Virus record (IMG/VR): IMGVR_UViG_3300020045_018325
Span: 1 to 36,244 of that record
Length of the DNA: 36,244 nucleotides
From: a virus
Taxonomy: Duplodnaviria; Caudoviricetes
Strand: one strand, 5' to 3'
Shown: positions 35,160 to 36,244 of the stretch, in pieces
Numbering within the stretch: the stretch's first letter is position 1
Layout of the letters: each line of letters begins with the position of its first letter
Translations under genes and position numbers: made by a program
The notes under the pieces: generated by a model
What the model saw: only the letters and a program-made list of their open reading frames with translations
What the model was told of the DNA's origin: nothing
Databases searched by the model: none

Positions 35160-36244
35160 ATGGCTGAAAGATTAAGTTTAAGAACTAATGCCAATGGCGA
35201 CATCTATGTATATATAGAAGATACCTCTGGTGCATCCTTAGCATTTGGTGCTGATAGTGCCAATGGTGTAGTCGCACTCAATACATCAGGCATGCCTAAT
35301 GTTGAACCATTAGACCCTACTGCTAATATGACCGTAGATCCTACGGCTAATGGAGATATACTCTTCAGGCCGCATGGTACAGGTAAATCAGAGTTCAATA
35401 CCGGTAATGTACAAATAACAGCTGGCAATCTAACTTTTCCTGCGACAAGCGTTGGCCTTACCGAAGGTGCTATTCTGTGGGATTCTACCGTATTACAGCA
35501 TGCTTATGGTGTACAAAATTTCTTTATTGGTGAAAGTTGCGGTAATACCACGCTCAATGTAGGCGCTGCACAAGGCAACTATGCTATAGGTATATTAGCG
35601 CTATCAGATCTTACAACTGGTTCAGGAAATAACGTACATGGTTGGTCAGCTGGTGCCGATATAACCTCTGGTATACGTAATGATCTGGTTGGGTATCAGG
35701 CCGGAACTAATATTACCCAAGGAAATACTAACGTTATGATCGGTTATCTTACTGGTTTTGGTGTTACGACGGGCAGCAATAATACTTTGTTAGGATCATC
35801 TTCAGGTTCTAACTATACAGGCACAGAATCCAGCAACATTATTATTAAGAATGCCGGAGTTGCAGCAGATAATAATGTAATTAGAATAGGGACCCAAGGA
35901 GCTGGAGCGGGTCAACAAAATGTAACATTTGTGGCAGGTATTGCAGGAGCCACAAATGCAGGGGCTTCAACAGTTCCCTATATAGAAACCGCAACCGGGC
36001 AACTTGCTACTGTTCCAGGTGGTGCTGTATTAATGAATACTGGTACACAAAGTCTCTCAATATCTTCAGATGCTTCAGCTACTACGGTAGCAATAGCCAC
36101 CGGAGCTGCTGTTAAGGGACTTACACTTGGTTCAACTAATAGTACCAGTGCATCTACATTGCAAAGCGGATCGGGAGCTCTAAATGTTACATCTACTAAT
36201 GGTGCTCTCACTATAAATAGTGGAACAGGCGCATTGAGTATTTC
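35160..36244 (+). CDS. 5' part of the tail fibre/adhesin continuing into 3..920
   Basis: AAGGAG RBS, ATG 35160 (MAERLSLRTN...), no stop before the window end; short N..IG..AG..ITTG repeats. Confidence 0.85.
   Translation, partial: MAERLSLRTNANGDIYVYIEDTSGASLAFGADSANGVVALNTSGMPNVEPLDPTANMTVDPTANGDILFRPHGTGKSEFNTGNVQITAGNLTFPATSVGLTEGAILWDSTVLQHAYGVQNFFIGESCGNTTLNVGAAQGNYAIGILALSDLTTGSGNNVHGWSAGADITSGIRNDLVGYQAGTNITQGNTNVMIGYLTGFGVTTGSNNTLLGSSSGSNYTGTESSNIIIKNAGVAADNNVIRIGTQGAGAGQQNVTFVAGIAGATNAGASTVPYIETATGQLATVPGGAVLMNTGTQSLSISSDASATTVAIATGAAVKGLTLGSTNSTSASTLQSGSGALNVTSTNGALTINSGTGALSI
36124..36244. repeat. Terminal direct repeat copy 2
   Basis: Identical to 1-121. Confidence 0.97.

Noticed and set aside
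36124-36244. 121-bp terminal repeat as a biological DTR
   Set aside because: It falls mid-ORF and has a k-mer-like length, so it is best read as assembly overlap. The neighbouring 180-nt repeat units are diverged, which makes a false join unlikely but not excluded.
1-36244. Stop-codon reassignment
   Set aside because: Genes are long and densely packed under code 11, and all three stop codons end well-supported genes.

Overview
The window is an apparently complete circular phage genome of about 36.1 kb. Bases 1-121 are identical to 36124-36244, and a tail-fibre ORF runs in frame across the join. The architecture is podovirus-like: TerS/TerL, a P22-like portal, scaffold, an N4-gp56-type major capsid, head-tail and nozzle proteins, two ejection-type proteins and a large block of repeat-rich tail fibres, one ending in a C1q-like domain. 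The early region has an ERF annealase, an HTH regulator, two tRNA(-like) genes, signal-peptide morons, a winged-helix initiator-like gene and RusA. No DNA polymerase, DnaB, catalytically complete integrase or endolysin was recognised. The top candidate new system is a divergent gene pair. One gene is a full-length ComM/YifB helicase. The other is a large-serine-recombinase derivative that lacks the catalytic domain and coiled coil, keeps the DNA-binding domains, and ends in a DprA-like winged helix, so it may be a sequence-specific ComM recruiter. Other notable signals are three tandem pseudoknots in the capsid leader, a candidate antisense RNA over the initiator leader, and short REP-like elements inserted in frame in genes and at RBSs. 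Family assignments come from motif recognition by eye, not database searches. The host guess (Dependentiae/Chlamydiae-like) is inference only.
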